The notes under the pieces are model-generated. The model saw only the letters and a program-made list of their open reading frames with translations, had not been told where the DNA came from and did not search any database. Made by a program: the position numbers and the translations under genes. A DNA stretch of 64,000 nucleotides from positions 643,917 through 707,916 of the forward strand of contig CBDCWI010000001.1 in the NCBI GenBank assembly GCA_965223325.1. The letters are read 5' to 3'. The stretch is from Candidatus Multivoradales bacterium (GTDB taxonomy: Bacteria > Acidobacteriota > Thermoanaerobaculia > Multivoradales > Multivoraceae). Shown here piece after piece: positions 46,094 to 56,620 of this stretch (position 1 is the stretch's first letter; each line of letters starts with the position of its first letter).

Positions 46094-48841
46094 CTACACG
46101 TGTGCCGGGTTGCTCTTCTCGGGGTCGATCCCGTAGCGCTCGATCGCTTCGGTGACCACTGAGCGCTCCACCACCCCGAGCTGCGCGAGCTCATAGAGAG
46201 CCGCGACAACGACATGGTGGCGATCGACCTCGAAGAACTCGCGCAGCGTCTCACGCGTATCGCTCCTGCCGAAGCCATCGGTTCCGAGCACATGGTAGGG
46301 CGCGTCGACCCACGACCGGATCTGATCCGCAAAGACCGTCATGTAGTCGGTCGCCGCAACGACCGGGCCGCTACCCTCAGCCAGCACCTCGGAAACGTAC
46401 GGCACTCGCGGTTCCGCTTCCGGGTGCAGACGATTCCAACGATCACAGTCCAGCCCGTCGCGCCGCAAGAGGGTCAGGCCAGGGGCGGAAAACACGGTCG
46501 CTGGGCAGTCCCAATCCTGCTCGAGAATCTCGGCCGCCGCTTCGACCTCGCGCAGAATGGCGCCACAGCCGAGGAGGCGCACGGCGCGGGCCTTCTTCTT
46601 GCCGCGTGCCGCCCGAGCGCTACGCAGCGTGTAGATGCCGCGGCAGATGCCTGAGGCTTTGCCCTCGGGCATCGGCGGCATGACGTAGTTCTCGTTGAGA
46701 ACGGTCAGGTAGTAGAAGATGTCTTCCTGCTCCTGGTACATGCGACGCAGTCCATCTTGCAGAATCACCGCGACCTCGTAGCCATAGGTCGGGTCATAGG
46801 CCTGGCAGGTTGGCACGGTGGAAGCGAGAAGGTGGCTGTGACCGTCTTCATGCTGCAATCCTTCGCCGTTCAGCGTCGTTCGCCCCGAAGTGCCACCGAT
46901 GAGAAAGCCGCGCGAGCGCATGTCGGCACCCGCCCAGATGAAGTCGCCCACTCGTTGGAAGCCAAACATCGAATAGAAGATGAAGAACGGGATCATGGTG
47001 ATGCCGTGGTTGGCGTACGAGGTCCCGGCTGCGATCCACGAGCACAGCGCGCCCGCTTCGTTGATGCCTTCCTGCAGGATCTGGCCGTCGCGCGCTTCCT
47101 TGTAGGGGGCGATCTGACCTGCGTCGACGGGTTCGTAGAGCTGACCGCGTGGCGAGTAGATCCCGAGCTGGCGGAACATGCCCTCCATCCCGAAGGTGCG
47201 CGCCTCATCCGCGACGATAGGCACCAGGTGCTCCTTGAGGCCTTTGTGTCGCGCGAGCAGAATGAGGGAGCGCACGAAGGTCATGGTGGTCGAGATGTCG
47301 CGCTCGCCGGAGCCCTCGGTGAGGCTCTTGAAGTAGTCGAGGTCCGGGACCTCCAGCTTCGGCGCCTCAGCCGAGCGCGCGGGCAGGTACCCACCGAGGG
47401 CCGCTCGCCGTTCCTGCATGTACTGCAACTCGGGGCTCTCGGCAGGCGGGCGGTAGAACGGTGTCTCGTCGAGCTCTTCGTCTGAGATCGGGATGTTGAG
47501 GCGATCGCGCAAGTTGCGCAGCGACTCCTCACCCATCTTCTTCTGCGAGTGGGTGATGTTCATGCCCTCACCCGATTCGCCCATGCCGTAGCCCTTGACC
47601 GTCTTGACCAGGAGCACCGTCGGCTGTCCACGATGCGCTACGGCGGCGGCGTAGGCCGAGTAGAGCTTGTGGGGGTCATGGCCACCACGGTTCAAACGCC
47701 AGATGTCCTCGTCGGTCAGGTGCGCCACCATCTCCTTGAGCTCTGGGTACTTGCCGAAGAAGTGCTCGCGCACGAAACCACCATCGCGCGACGCCTTGTA
47801 GGCCTGGTACTCGCCGTCGACCGCCTCCTCCATGCGCTGGCGCAGAAGGCCCTTGGTGTCCCGCGCGAACAGTGGGTCCCAGTACGAGCCCCAGATCACC
47901 TTGATGACGTTCCACCCGGAGCCGCGGAAGTTCGCCTCGAGCTCCTGAATGATCTTGCCGTTGCCGCGCACCGGTCCATCGAGGCGCTGCAGGTTGCAGT
48001 TGACGACGAACACCAGGTTGTCGAGCTGTTCGCGCGCGGCGAGCGAAATCGCCCCCAGCGACTCCGGTTCGTCCATCTCACCGTCGCCCATGAACGCGAA
48101 CACCTTGCGGTCGCTGGCGTCTTTGAGACCCCGGTTGTCGAGGTACTTCATGAAACGCGCCTGGTAGATCGCCATCATCGGCCCCAGTCCCATCGAAACG
48201 GTCGGGAACTGCCAGAACCCCGGCATCAACCAGGGATGGGGGTACGACGACAGGCCACCCGGGCCGACCTCGCGACGGAAACGATCGAGATCTTCCTCGT
48301 CGAGGCGCCCCTCGAGAAAGGCACGGGCGTAGATTCCCGGCGACGAGTGCCCCTGAATGAGCAACAGATCGCCGCCGTGCTCCTCGGTCGGAGCACGAAA
48401 GAAATGGTTGAAGCCAACGTCGTAGATCGTTGCCGCCGAAGCGAAGCTCGCGATGTGGCCGCCGAGACCCTCGAAACGCTTGTTGGCGCGCACGACCATC
48501 GCCATCGCGTTCCAGCGGATCATCGACTGGATGCGCCACTCCAGCTCAGCATTGCCCGGTGACTTCGCACCGATGCCGGCCGGAATGGTGTTCTGGTACG
48601 CGGTGGTGGCATCGAACGGCAGGTTCGCACCTTGCTCGCGCGCTCTTCCGACCAGCGCTTCGAGCAGGAAATGCGCCCGCTCGATGCCCTCGCGCTCTAA
48701 GACCCCATCGAGCGCTCCGATCCATTCACCGGTTTCCTGGGGATCGAGGTCCGGTTCACGCGTTCCAACCAGCCAGGCCGGCCCAGGCGGCCGCTCGCCG
48801 GTACCGAGTGCGCTCTGCTTCGCTTTGTCGTCGACTGCCAT
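46094..48841 (-). CDS. aceE: Pyruvate dehydrogenase E1 component, homodimeric type
   Basis: About 915 aa with the AceE-type TPP-binding motif (GDGEMDEPE...NCN) and transketolase-like domains. Start at MAVDDKAKQ. Confidence 0.9.
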   Translation of the reverse strand: MAVDDKAKQSALGTGERPPGPAWLVGTREPDLDPQETGEWIGALDGVLEREGIERAHFLLEALVGRAREQGANLPFDATTAYQNTIPAGIGAKSPGNAELEWRIQSMIRWNAMAMVVRANKRFEGLGGHIASFASAATIYDVGFNHFFRAPTEEHGGDLLLIQGHSSPGIYARAFLEGRLDEEDLDRFRREVGPGGLSSYPHPWLMPGFWQFPTVSMGLGPMMAIYQARFMKYLDNRGLKDASDRKVFAFMGDGEMDEPESLGAISLAAREQLDNLVFVVNCNLQRLDGPVRGNGKIIQELEANFRGSGWNVIKVIWGSYWDPLFARDTKGLLRQRMEEAVDGEYQAYKASRDGGFVREHFFGKYPELKEMVAHLTDEDIWRLNRGGHDPHKLYSAYAAAVAHRGQPTVLLVKTVKGYGMGESGEGMNITHSQKKMGEESLRNLRDRLNIPISDEELDETPFYRPPAESPELQYMQERRAALGGYLPARSAEAPKLEVPDLDYFKSLTEGSGERDISTTMTFVRSLILLARHKGLKEHLVPIVADEARTFGMEGMFRQLGIYSPRGQLYEPVDAGQIAPYKEARDGQILQEGINEAGALCSWIAAGTSYANHGITMIPFFIFYSMFGFQRVGDFIWAGADMRSRGFLIGGTSGRTTLNGEGLQHEDGHSHLLASTVPTCQAYDPTYGYEVAVILQDGLRRMYQEQEDIFYYLTVLNENYVMPPMPEGKASGICRGIYTLRSARAARGKKKARAVRLLGCGAILREVEAAAEILEQDWDCPATVFSAPGLTLLRRDGLDCDRWNRLHPEAEPRVPYVSEVLAEGSGPVVAATDYMTVFADQIRSWVDAPYHVLGTDGFGRSDTRETLREFFEVDRHHVVVAALYELAQLGVVERSVVTEAIERYGIDPEKSNPAHV

Positions 48842-48903
48842 CGTCTCGCTTCTCTTCTGCCAGTTGCCGCGTAACCCTCCCAAAGTAAGTCATTTCCGCG
48901 CCG

Positions 48904-48921
48904 TGTTCAACATGTTGAACA
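48904..48921. promoter_or_regulatory. Perfect 18-bp palindrome TGTTCAACATGTTGAACA overlapping the predicted -35 (TTGAAC) of the PDH operon promoter; candidate repressor operator
   Basis: On the minus strand the motif reads TTGAAC, then 17 bp, then TACTTT (-10), about 45 nt upstream of the aceE ATG. The 8-2-8 arms are perfect. Confidence 0.4.
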
Positions 48922-48925
48922 AGAA

Positions 48926-48948
48926 AGCGTTCGCCATATCGGAACGCT
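48926..48948 (-). terminator. Hairpin AGCGTTC-(9)-GAACGCT followed on the minus strand by UUUCUUGUU; putative pnuC terminator
   Basis: Begins 3 nt after the pnuC stop codon. 7-bp stem, with a U-rich tract on the transcribed strand. Confidence 0.35.
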
Positions 48949-48950
48949 GT

Positions 48951-49550
48951 TCAGGCATCGGGACTCGCAGAACCGCCACCCTCGCGCACCAGACGTCTGA
49001 AGGTCACGAGGCCTTGAATCGAAAGTAGGAGATAGAAAACGTACAACCCCGCGGTGAGCTCGAGGCCGCGCGACAGGTAGAGCGGTATGTAGATGACGTC
49101 GACTGCGATCCAGATCCACCAACTCTCGACCCAACGCCCCATCAGATAAACGTGCGCGACGAGGCTCATGACGGTGGTCAACGCGTCCCAGAAAGGCAGC
49201 GCGCCGCCGAGCTCGACCATGAGCCAGCGCAGGAAGAAGAATGCCAGCAAGGCAACGACCAGGGTTGGCAGCACCAGGCGACCCGGCACGCGGCGCACCG
49301 GTCGCTCCTGGCGATCGGCGCCCCCGCGCATCCACAACCAGATGGCCTGCAGGCTGGTGAAGAAGTAGAACGTTTGGATGCCGACCTCGCCGTAGAGCTT
49401 CACCTGGTAGAAGACCCATCCAAAGGCAGCCACGCTGGCCAGCGCCACGAACCATCCGGCGACTTTGTTGTGCGCCAACAGCCATACCGAAACGGCGCCA
49501 GTGACCACGGCGAAAGTCTCGAGAGGGTTGGTCCACAGAAAGGAAAGCAT
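48951..49550 (-). CDS. pnuC: PnuC-family transporter (nicotinamide riboside, or PnuT-like thiamine transporter, given the thiC neighbourhood)
   Basis: PnuC topology and conserved W/N-rich TM segments (WLLAHNKVAGW, YLMGRWVESWWIWIAVD). 199 aa. Confidence 0.8.
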   Translation of the reverse strand: MLSFLWTNPLETFAVVTGAVSVWLLAHNKVAGWFVALASVAAFGWVFYQVKLYGEVGIQTFYFFTSLQAIWLWMRGGADRQERPVRRVPGRLVLPTLVVALLAFFFLRWLMVELGGALPFWDALTTVMSLVAHVYLMGRWVESWWIWIAVDVIYIPLYLSRGLELTAGLYVFYLLLSIQGLVTFRRLVREGGGSASPDA

Positions 49551-49604
49551 GAGGCCCCCGACCTTACTGAACAGGCGAGTTGCCGGGTCTGTTACCGTTT
49601 GAGG

Positions 49605-51716
<2,112 letters not shown>

Positions 51717-51774
51717 ACGCACCGCGAGGATTCGGTCGCAACCCAAACCCAACGACCACCAACACCATGCCCCA

Positions 51775-54240
51775 CTACCCGTCGTTTCGGATCGCCAGCC
51801 AGGGGTCAACCGATGCGGCGCGTTTGGCGGGCAGATACGCCGCCAGCACGCCGGCAACCAGCAGCACGATGGTGGCGGTCCCAAAGGCCGCCGGGTCACG
51901 CGGGTTGAGACCGTAGAGCTGGCTCGCCAACAGGCGAGAAAGAAGAAGTGCTCCCACCAGGCCGAGCACGAGACCCACTGCCGTCAGCACCATGCCGTCA
52001 CGCATTGCCCACCTCAGAATCGCCGGCCGATCCGAGCCCAGCGCCATCCGAATGCCGATCTCGCGTCGTCTCTGGCTGACACTGAAGCTCAAGACCCCGT
52101 ACAGCCCGACTGCTGCCAGCAACAGAGCGAACAGCCCGAAGCCGCCCAGGAACTGAGCGCCAGTGCGTACCGGGAACAAGGCCATCGACAGTTGTTGATC
52201 AATCGAACGCAGGTTGTTGACCGCCATGCCGGGTGCCAGGCGCCCGACTTCGGTGCGTAGGGCCGCTGCGAGAGCCATAGGGTCGCCGTCGGTCGCCAAG
52301 ACGACCTCCATCGCTGGTTCGTAGTACTGCCCTGCAGGAACCCACAGGTAGGGCTCGGGATCCTGGCCGAGGCCCTTCCACTTGACGTCTTGCGCAACCC
52401 CGATGACCTCCCAGGTCTGCCGATTCATGCGCACCCGACCTCCGAGAGGTTCACGACCATCCCAGTAGCGCTTGGCCATCGCCTCGGAGACCACGAGAAC
52501 CGGATGGGAATCGGCGGTATCGGTCTCGCGAAAACCCCGGCCAGCAATCAACGGGATGTCGAGCACCTCGAAGTAGCCAGGGTGGACGACGTTGTAGTCC
52601 GGGTTCATGCGCTCGTCCGGAGCCTCCTCATAACCCTCGACAGAGAGGCCGTTCTGCTGCGAGCTACCGAGGGTGAAGGGTGTGACCTCTCCAAAGCTCA
52701 CCTCACGAACACCTGGGGCATTCGAGAGCGCCAGATCGAGCTGCTCGTAGAAGGACCTCGTCTCGGTCTCCGACATACCTGCCAACGAAGGATCGAGGCT
52801 CGCCACGAGGACCCCAGAGGTGGCAAAGCCCGGATCGATGGTGCGGGCCTGGCCGAGGGCGCGCAGGAAGAGCGCCGAGCCCACCAGCAGGAGGAGTGAG
52901 AGCGCCACTTGTGCCACCACCAACATGCGGCTGGCGCTCCAGGACATGCCGAGGAAACGACGCCCCGGCTCCGAGATCGCGCCGTCCGAGCGCAGGCCGA
53001 GCGACAGTTTCGTTCGGCTGGCGCGCAGCGCGGGAAAGAGGCCGAAGACGACCGCCGTTGCCACCGTGAGCGCGAAGGTAAACAGCACAACGCTTACATC
53101 GGGCTCGAAGTCGAAGCGCAGCGGTATACCGACGTCTGGAATCAACCGCGGCAACAGGCGCGATCCGGCAAAGGTCAGAACCAGCCCGAAGGCGCCGCCG
53201 AGAAGACCCAGAACCAGCGACTCGGTCAACAGCTGGCGGATCAGCTGCCAGCGGCTGGCGCCAGTCGCCAAACGCACATTCATCTCGGCGCGCCGTGACA
53301 GAGAGCGCGCCAGCAGGAGGTTGGCAACGTTGCCGCAAGCAACCAGCAGGACAATGGCCACCATCACCAACATCGTCGCACTCGAACCGACGACCATGCC
53401 CCTGGCCTCGGGCGAGCCGGTGACGGCGGAATCGGCGATCGGCAGTGTGGTGAACCCAAACGACCCTTCTTCCCAACCGTGCTCTTCCCTGAGGCTGGCT
53501 GCCATGGCATCCATCGCCGCCGAGGCCTGCTCGACGGAGACGCCGTCGCGCAGGCGACCGGTCGTCAGAAACAACCACCCCGACCCGCGGCTGTCGAGGG
53601 CGCCCTGGGCCGGCGCCACCACCGGCTCCATTGCCAGCGGAACCCAGAGATCAACATCGGCCACCACCAGAGTGCCCACGAAGCCAGGAGGAGCCACTCC
53701 GATGATCGTGAAGGCGCTCCCGTTGAGCAGGAACTCTCGGCCGACGACATCGGTCGCGCCACCCCAACGCTCCTGCCAGGCAGAATGGCTGAGAACCGCG
53801 ACCGGATGACCTCCTCGCACGACGTCGTCGCTTGCCGCCAGCGGCCGACCGAGCACCGCACCGACCCCGAGGACGTCGAAGTAGTTGCCACCCACGATGG
53901 CCGCCGTGGCGCGCTCAGACGACCCGCCAGAGGAAATGTCGACCGGGCGAAGGTTGCCGGTCGTAAAGCCCGAAAACACAGTGTTGTTGTCTCGAACGTC
54001 GACGTAGTTCGGGTAGGAGAAGCTGGCATACGGGAAGCTGGCCCCCGACTGGTAGACCCGCACCAGTTCTTCAGGCTTCTCGACCGGAATCGTTGGCGTG
54101 AGCAGCTTGCTGGTTACCGAAAAAACCATTCCGTTCAGACCAATGGCGAGGCCGATGCAGAGAATGACGGTTGCGGTGAGGGTCGGGTTGCGGCGCAGCA
54201 TACGCATTGCATAGCTCCAGTCCTGGCCGAATCGATCCAT
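51775..54240 (-). CDS. ABC transporter permease with duplicated FtsX domains and MacB-like periplasmic domains (ADOP family)
   Basis: The N-terminus MDRFGQDWSYAMRMLRRNPTLTATVILCIGLAIGLN is typical of the Acidobacterial duplicated orphan permease family. Two FtsX 4-TM modules. About 820 aa. Confidence 0.8.
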   Translation of the reverse strand: MDRFGQDWSYAMRMLRRNPTLTATVILCIGLAIGLNGMVFSVTSKLLTPTIPVEKPEELVRVYQSGASFPYASFSYPNYVDVRDNNTVFSGFTTGNLRPVDISSGGSSERATAAIVGGNYFDVLGVGAVLGRPLAASDDVVRGGHPVAVLSHSAWQERWGGATDVVGREFLLNGSAFTIIGVAPPGFVGTLVVADVDLWVPLAMEPVVAPAQGALDSRGSGWLFLTTGRLRDGVSVEQASAAMDAMAASLREEHGWEEGSFGFTTLPIADSAVTGSPEARGMVVGSSATMLVMVAIVLLVACGNVANLLLARSLSRRAEMNVRLATGASRWQLIRQLLTESLVLGLLGGAFGLVLTFAGSRLLPRLIPDVGIPLRFDFEPDVSVVLFTFALTVATAVVFGLFPALRASRTKLSLGLRSDGAISEPGRRFLGMSWSASRMLVVAQVALSLLLLVGSALFLRALGQARTIDPGFATSGVLVASLDPSLAGMSETETRSFYEQLDLALSNAPGVREVSFGEVTPFTLGSSQQNGLSVEGYEEAPDERMNPDYNVVHPGYFEVLDIPLIAGRGFRETDTADSHPVLVVSEAMAKRYWDGREPLGGRVRMNRQTWEVIGVAQDVKWKGLGQDPEPYLWVPAGQYYEPAMEVVLATDGDPMALAAALRTEVGRLAPGMAVNNLRSIDQQLSMALFPVRTGAQFLGGFGLFALLLAAVGLYGVLSFSVSQRRREIGIRMALGSDRPAILRWAMRDGMVLTAVGLVLGLVGALLLSRLLASQLYGLNPRDPAAFGTATIVLLVAGVLAAYLPAKRAASVDPWLAIRNDG

Positions 54241-54546
54241 GGCGGAGGCTCCTTGTCACCCATGTCTGAGGGTCAGCGATTCCTGTTTGGGGAGAGTCAG
54301 TCTTTCCTTACGAGATGGCCGGCCCTCTTGTTTCCGGTGTTGTGTGAGACCCCATCGGGCTATGCTCTCGCCTAGCGGAGCCGAGCGGCGCGAGAGGCTC
54401 TCGATTCGAGGTGTACCGCGGCTCCTGGGCCGTGAATACCGGCACCCGTTCGCCCGTACCAGCGGCGGCTTTCCCAGTTGACAGCAGAGCGCCCGCGCCT
54501 CTTCTAACCCTGGACTACTCTCTTTGCACCTACCGGCACGACCGCC

Positions 54547-55821
54547 ATGAACCTCCGCGACATTTTTGATCTCCTGCGCCTCGAACTCCTCGGCGGCCTG
54601 CGTGAGCGTTCGATCGTCATCAACAGCATCCTGGTGCCGGTCCTCTTGTATCCGGCGATCATCTTCGCGATGTTGACTCTCATGACCTTCGTCGACGCGC
54701 AGACCGAGCGCTTCGAGTCGCGGGTCGAGGTTGTCGGTGAAGGCCCGGCAACCCAAGAGGTCATCGAGCGTCTCGCGGCCCGCGACAACGTCACCGTCAC
54801 CCAGATCGAAGCGGGGAGCGAGACGGCGAGCTCGGCTACTGCGCGCCTCGAGTTGGGCAGCATCGACGCTCTACTCGAAGTTCGCCCGGCCGGAGAGCGC
54901 GCGTCGCCGGATCGCATCGCCAACGATGCCGACTTCGCACTCACGGTCGTGACCTCGCGCGACCGCAGCTCGACCGCAGCCGCCCGGGTGCGGAGCGCTA
55001 TCGAGGAACACCGCCGCGAACGCATCGACCACGAGGCGCGCACTCGCGGTGTCCCGGCCGACCAGTGGCAAGTCTTCTCGATCGAAGAGAACAACCTGGC
55101 AACCGGTCGGCAAATGGGGGCCTTCGTCCTCAGTTTGCTGATCCCGCTCACTCTCACCGTGATGATTGCCGCCGGTTGCTTCTATCCGGCCGTCGGCGCG
55201 ACCGCCGGTGAGCGCGAGCGGGGGACCTGGGAGACCACTCTCAGCCTGGCGACCGCACGATCAAACGTCGTCGTCGCCAAGTACCTCTACGTCGTAGTTT
55301 TCGGGTGTCTGGCCGGGTTCCTCAACGTCGTTGCCCTCCTGGTCAGCGCCCGGGGCATCCTGGCAGGAATGACCCGAGACGCTCCGGTCGAGGTCTCGCT
55401 GCCGCTCTCGACCCTGCCGGTTCTTCTGGTGTGCTCGGTTCTCCTGGCTACCATGCTGGCCGCCGGAATGATGATCTTCGCCAGCTTCGCACGCACCTTC
55501 AAGGAAGGTCAGGCAATGGTCACGCCGTTCTACATACTTTCGATCGTGCCCGTCATGGCGATGGTTGACGAGGGGCTACGCCTCACCGAGAAAACCGCCC
55601 TGGTGCCTTTTCTCAATACCGCGCTTCTCATGCGCGACGCCTTCCAGGGCCAGGTTGCCGCCGTGCCTGTGCTGATCACCCTGGTCGTCTCGGCTGTAGT
55701 GGTTGCGCTCCTCTTGTTCATCGCTTCGCGCATTCTCGCCTACGAAGACATCCTGACCGGCACCTACGATGGCAAGTTCACCCAGTTCATACGCCAGCGC
55801 CTGTTCGCTAAAGGCGCCTGA
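54547..55821 (+). CDS. ABC-2 type transporter permease (NatB-like)
   Basis: An N-terminal TM helix, then a large extracytoplasmic loop, then five C-terminal TM helices. The N-terminus is paralogous to that of the downstream fusion protein. Confidence 0.7.
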   Translation: MNLRDIFDLLRLELLGGLRERSIVINSILVPVLLYPAIIFAMLTLMTFVDAQTERFESRVEVVGEGPATQEVIERLAARDNVTVTQIEAGSETASSATARLELGSIDALLEVRPAGERASPDRIANDADFALTVVTSRDRSSTAAARVRSAIEEHRRERIDHEARTRGVPADQWQVFSIEENNLATGRQMGAFVLSLLIPLTLTVMIAAGCFYPAVGATAGERERGTWETTLSLATARSNVVVAKYLYVVVFGCLAGFLNVVALLVSARGILAGMTRDAPVEVSLPLSTLPVLLVCSVLLATMLAAGMMIFASFARTFKEGQAMVTPFYILSIVPVMAMVDEGLRLTEKTALVPFLNTALLMRDAFQGQVAAVPVLITLVVSAVVVALLLFIASRILAYEDILTGTYDGKFTQFIRQRLFAKGA

Positions 55822-55837
55822 GGAGATCGGAGACCGG

Positions 55838-56620
55838 ATGACGATCCCAGTCGAAGTTTCGAACCTCACCAAGACCTACTACGACGAAGGACGCGGCGAG
55901 GTCCATGCCGTCGCCGGTATCGACTTCGGATGCCGCACTGGAGAGATCTTCGGCCTGTTGGGTGCCAACGGCGCCGGTAAGACCACGACGCTGCGCATGC
56001 TCGCCACCATTCTCGAGCCCAGCGCCGGCAGCGCCGCAATCATGGGTCACGACGTGCAGGCCGAGCCTGAGGCTGTGCGCCGCAATCTCGGCTTCTACTC
56101 CGCCAGTACCGCCCTCTACCCGCGCCTGACCGGGCGCGAGACTCTCGACCTCTTCGTGCGGGTGAACAAGTACCCCCGCGAGCGCGTCAAAGAGCGAGTC
56201 GACGAGCTGGTCGAACGATTCGGTATCGAGGAGTACGCCGACGCGCGGGTCGAGAAGCTCTCCTCAGGTATGAAGCAGAAGGTCTCGATGGCGCGCACCG
56301 TCGCCCATGACCCACCGGTCTTGATCTTCGATGAACCCACTGTCGGGCTCGACGTCATCAACGCCCTCGACCTGCAGGAGACCATTAGCGGCCTTCGCGA
56401 CGAAGGCAAGACGATCATCTTCTCGACCCACATCATGAGCGAGGCCGAGCGCCTCTGTGACCGCATCGCGATCATCCATCGTGGCCACATTCACGCCTGC
56501 GACACGCTCGAGGGTCTACGGGCCCAGACTGGTCAGCACTACCTCGAGGACATTTTCGTGCACTTCGTCGAGACCGCACAGCGTGAAGAGTCCGGCCCGA
56601 AGGGGACAGCAACCTCGTGA
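55838..56620 (+). CDS. ABC transporter ATP-binding protein
   Basis: Walker A GANGAGKTT, signature LSSGMKQKV, Walker B LIFDEPTVGLD, H-loop. RBS ggagatcggag. Confidence 0.85.
   Translation: MTIPVEVSNLTKTYYDEGRGEVHAVAGIDFGCRTGEIFGLLGANGAGKTTTLRMLATILEPSAGSAAIMGHDVQAEPEAVRRNLGFYSASTALYPRLTGRETLDLFVRVNKYPRERVKERVDELVERFGIEEYADARVEKLSSGMKQKVSMARTVAHDPPVLIFDEPTVGLDVINALDLQETISGLRDEGKTIIFSTHIMSEAERLCDRIAIIHRGHIHACDTLEGLRAQTGQHYLEDIFVHFVETAQREESGPKGTATS

Noticed and set aside
48904-48921. Identified the PDH-upstream palindrome as a LexA or Cheo box
   Set aside because: It reads TGTTCAAC-AT-GTTGAACA. That is neither GAAC-N4-GTTC (Cheo) nor TCGAAC-N4-GTTCGA (actinobacterial LexA), and no SOS genes are adjacent.
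54239-54481. Cys-rich 80-aa ORF upstream of the ABC module, considered as a possible precursor peptide for the CPBP/ABC system
   Set aside because: It has no RBS and an Arg/Pro-rich composition typical of out-of-frame GC-rich DNA, and it overlaps the ADOP permease start region. I kept it only as a note under the ABC-CPBP finding.
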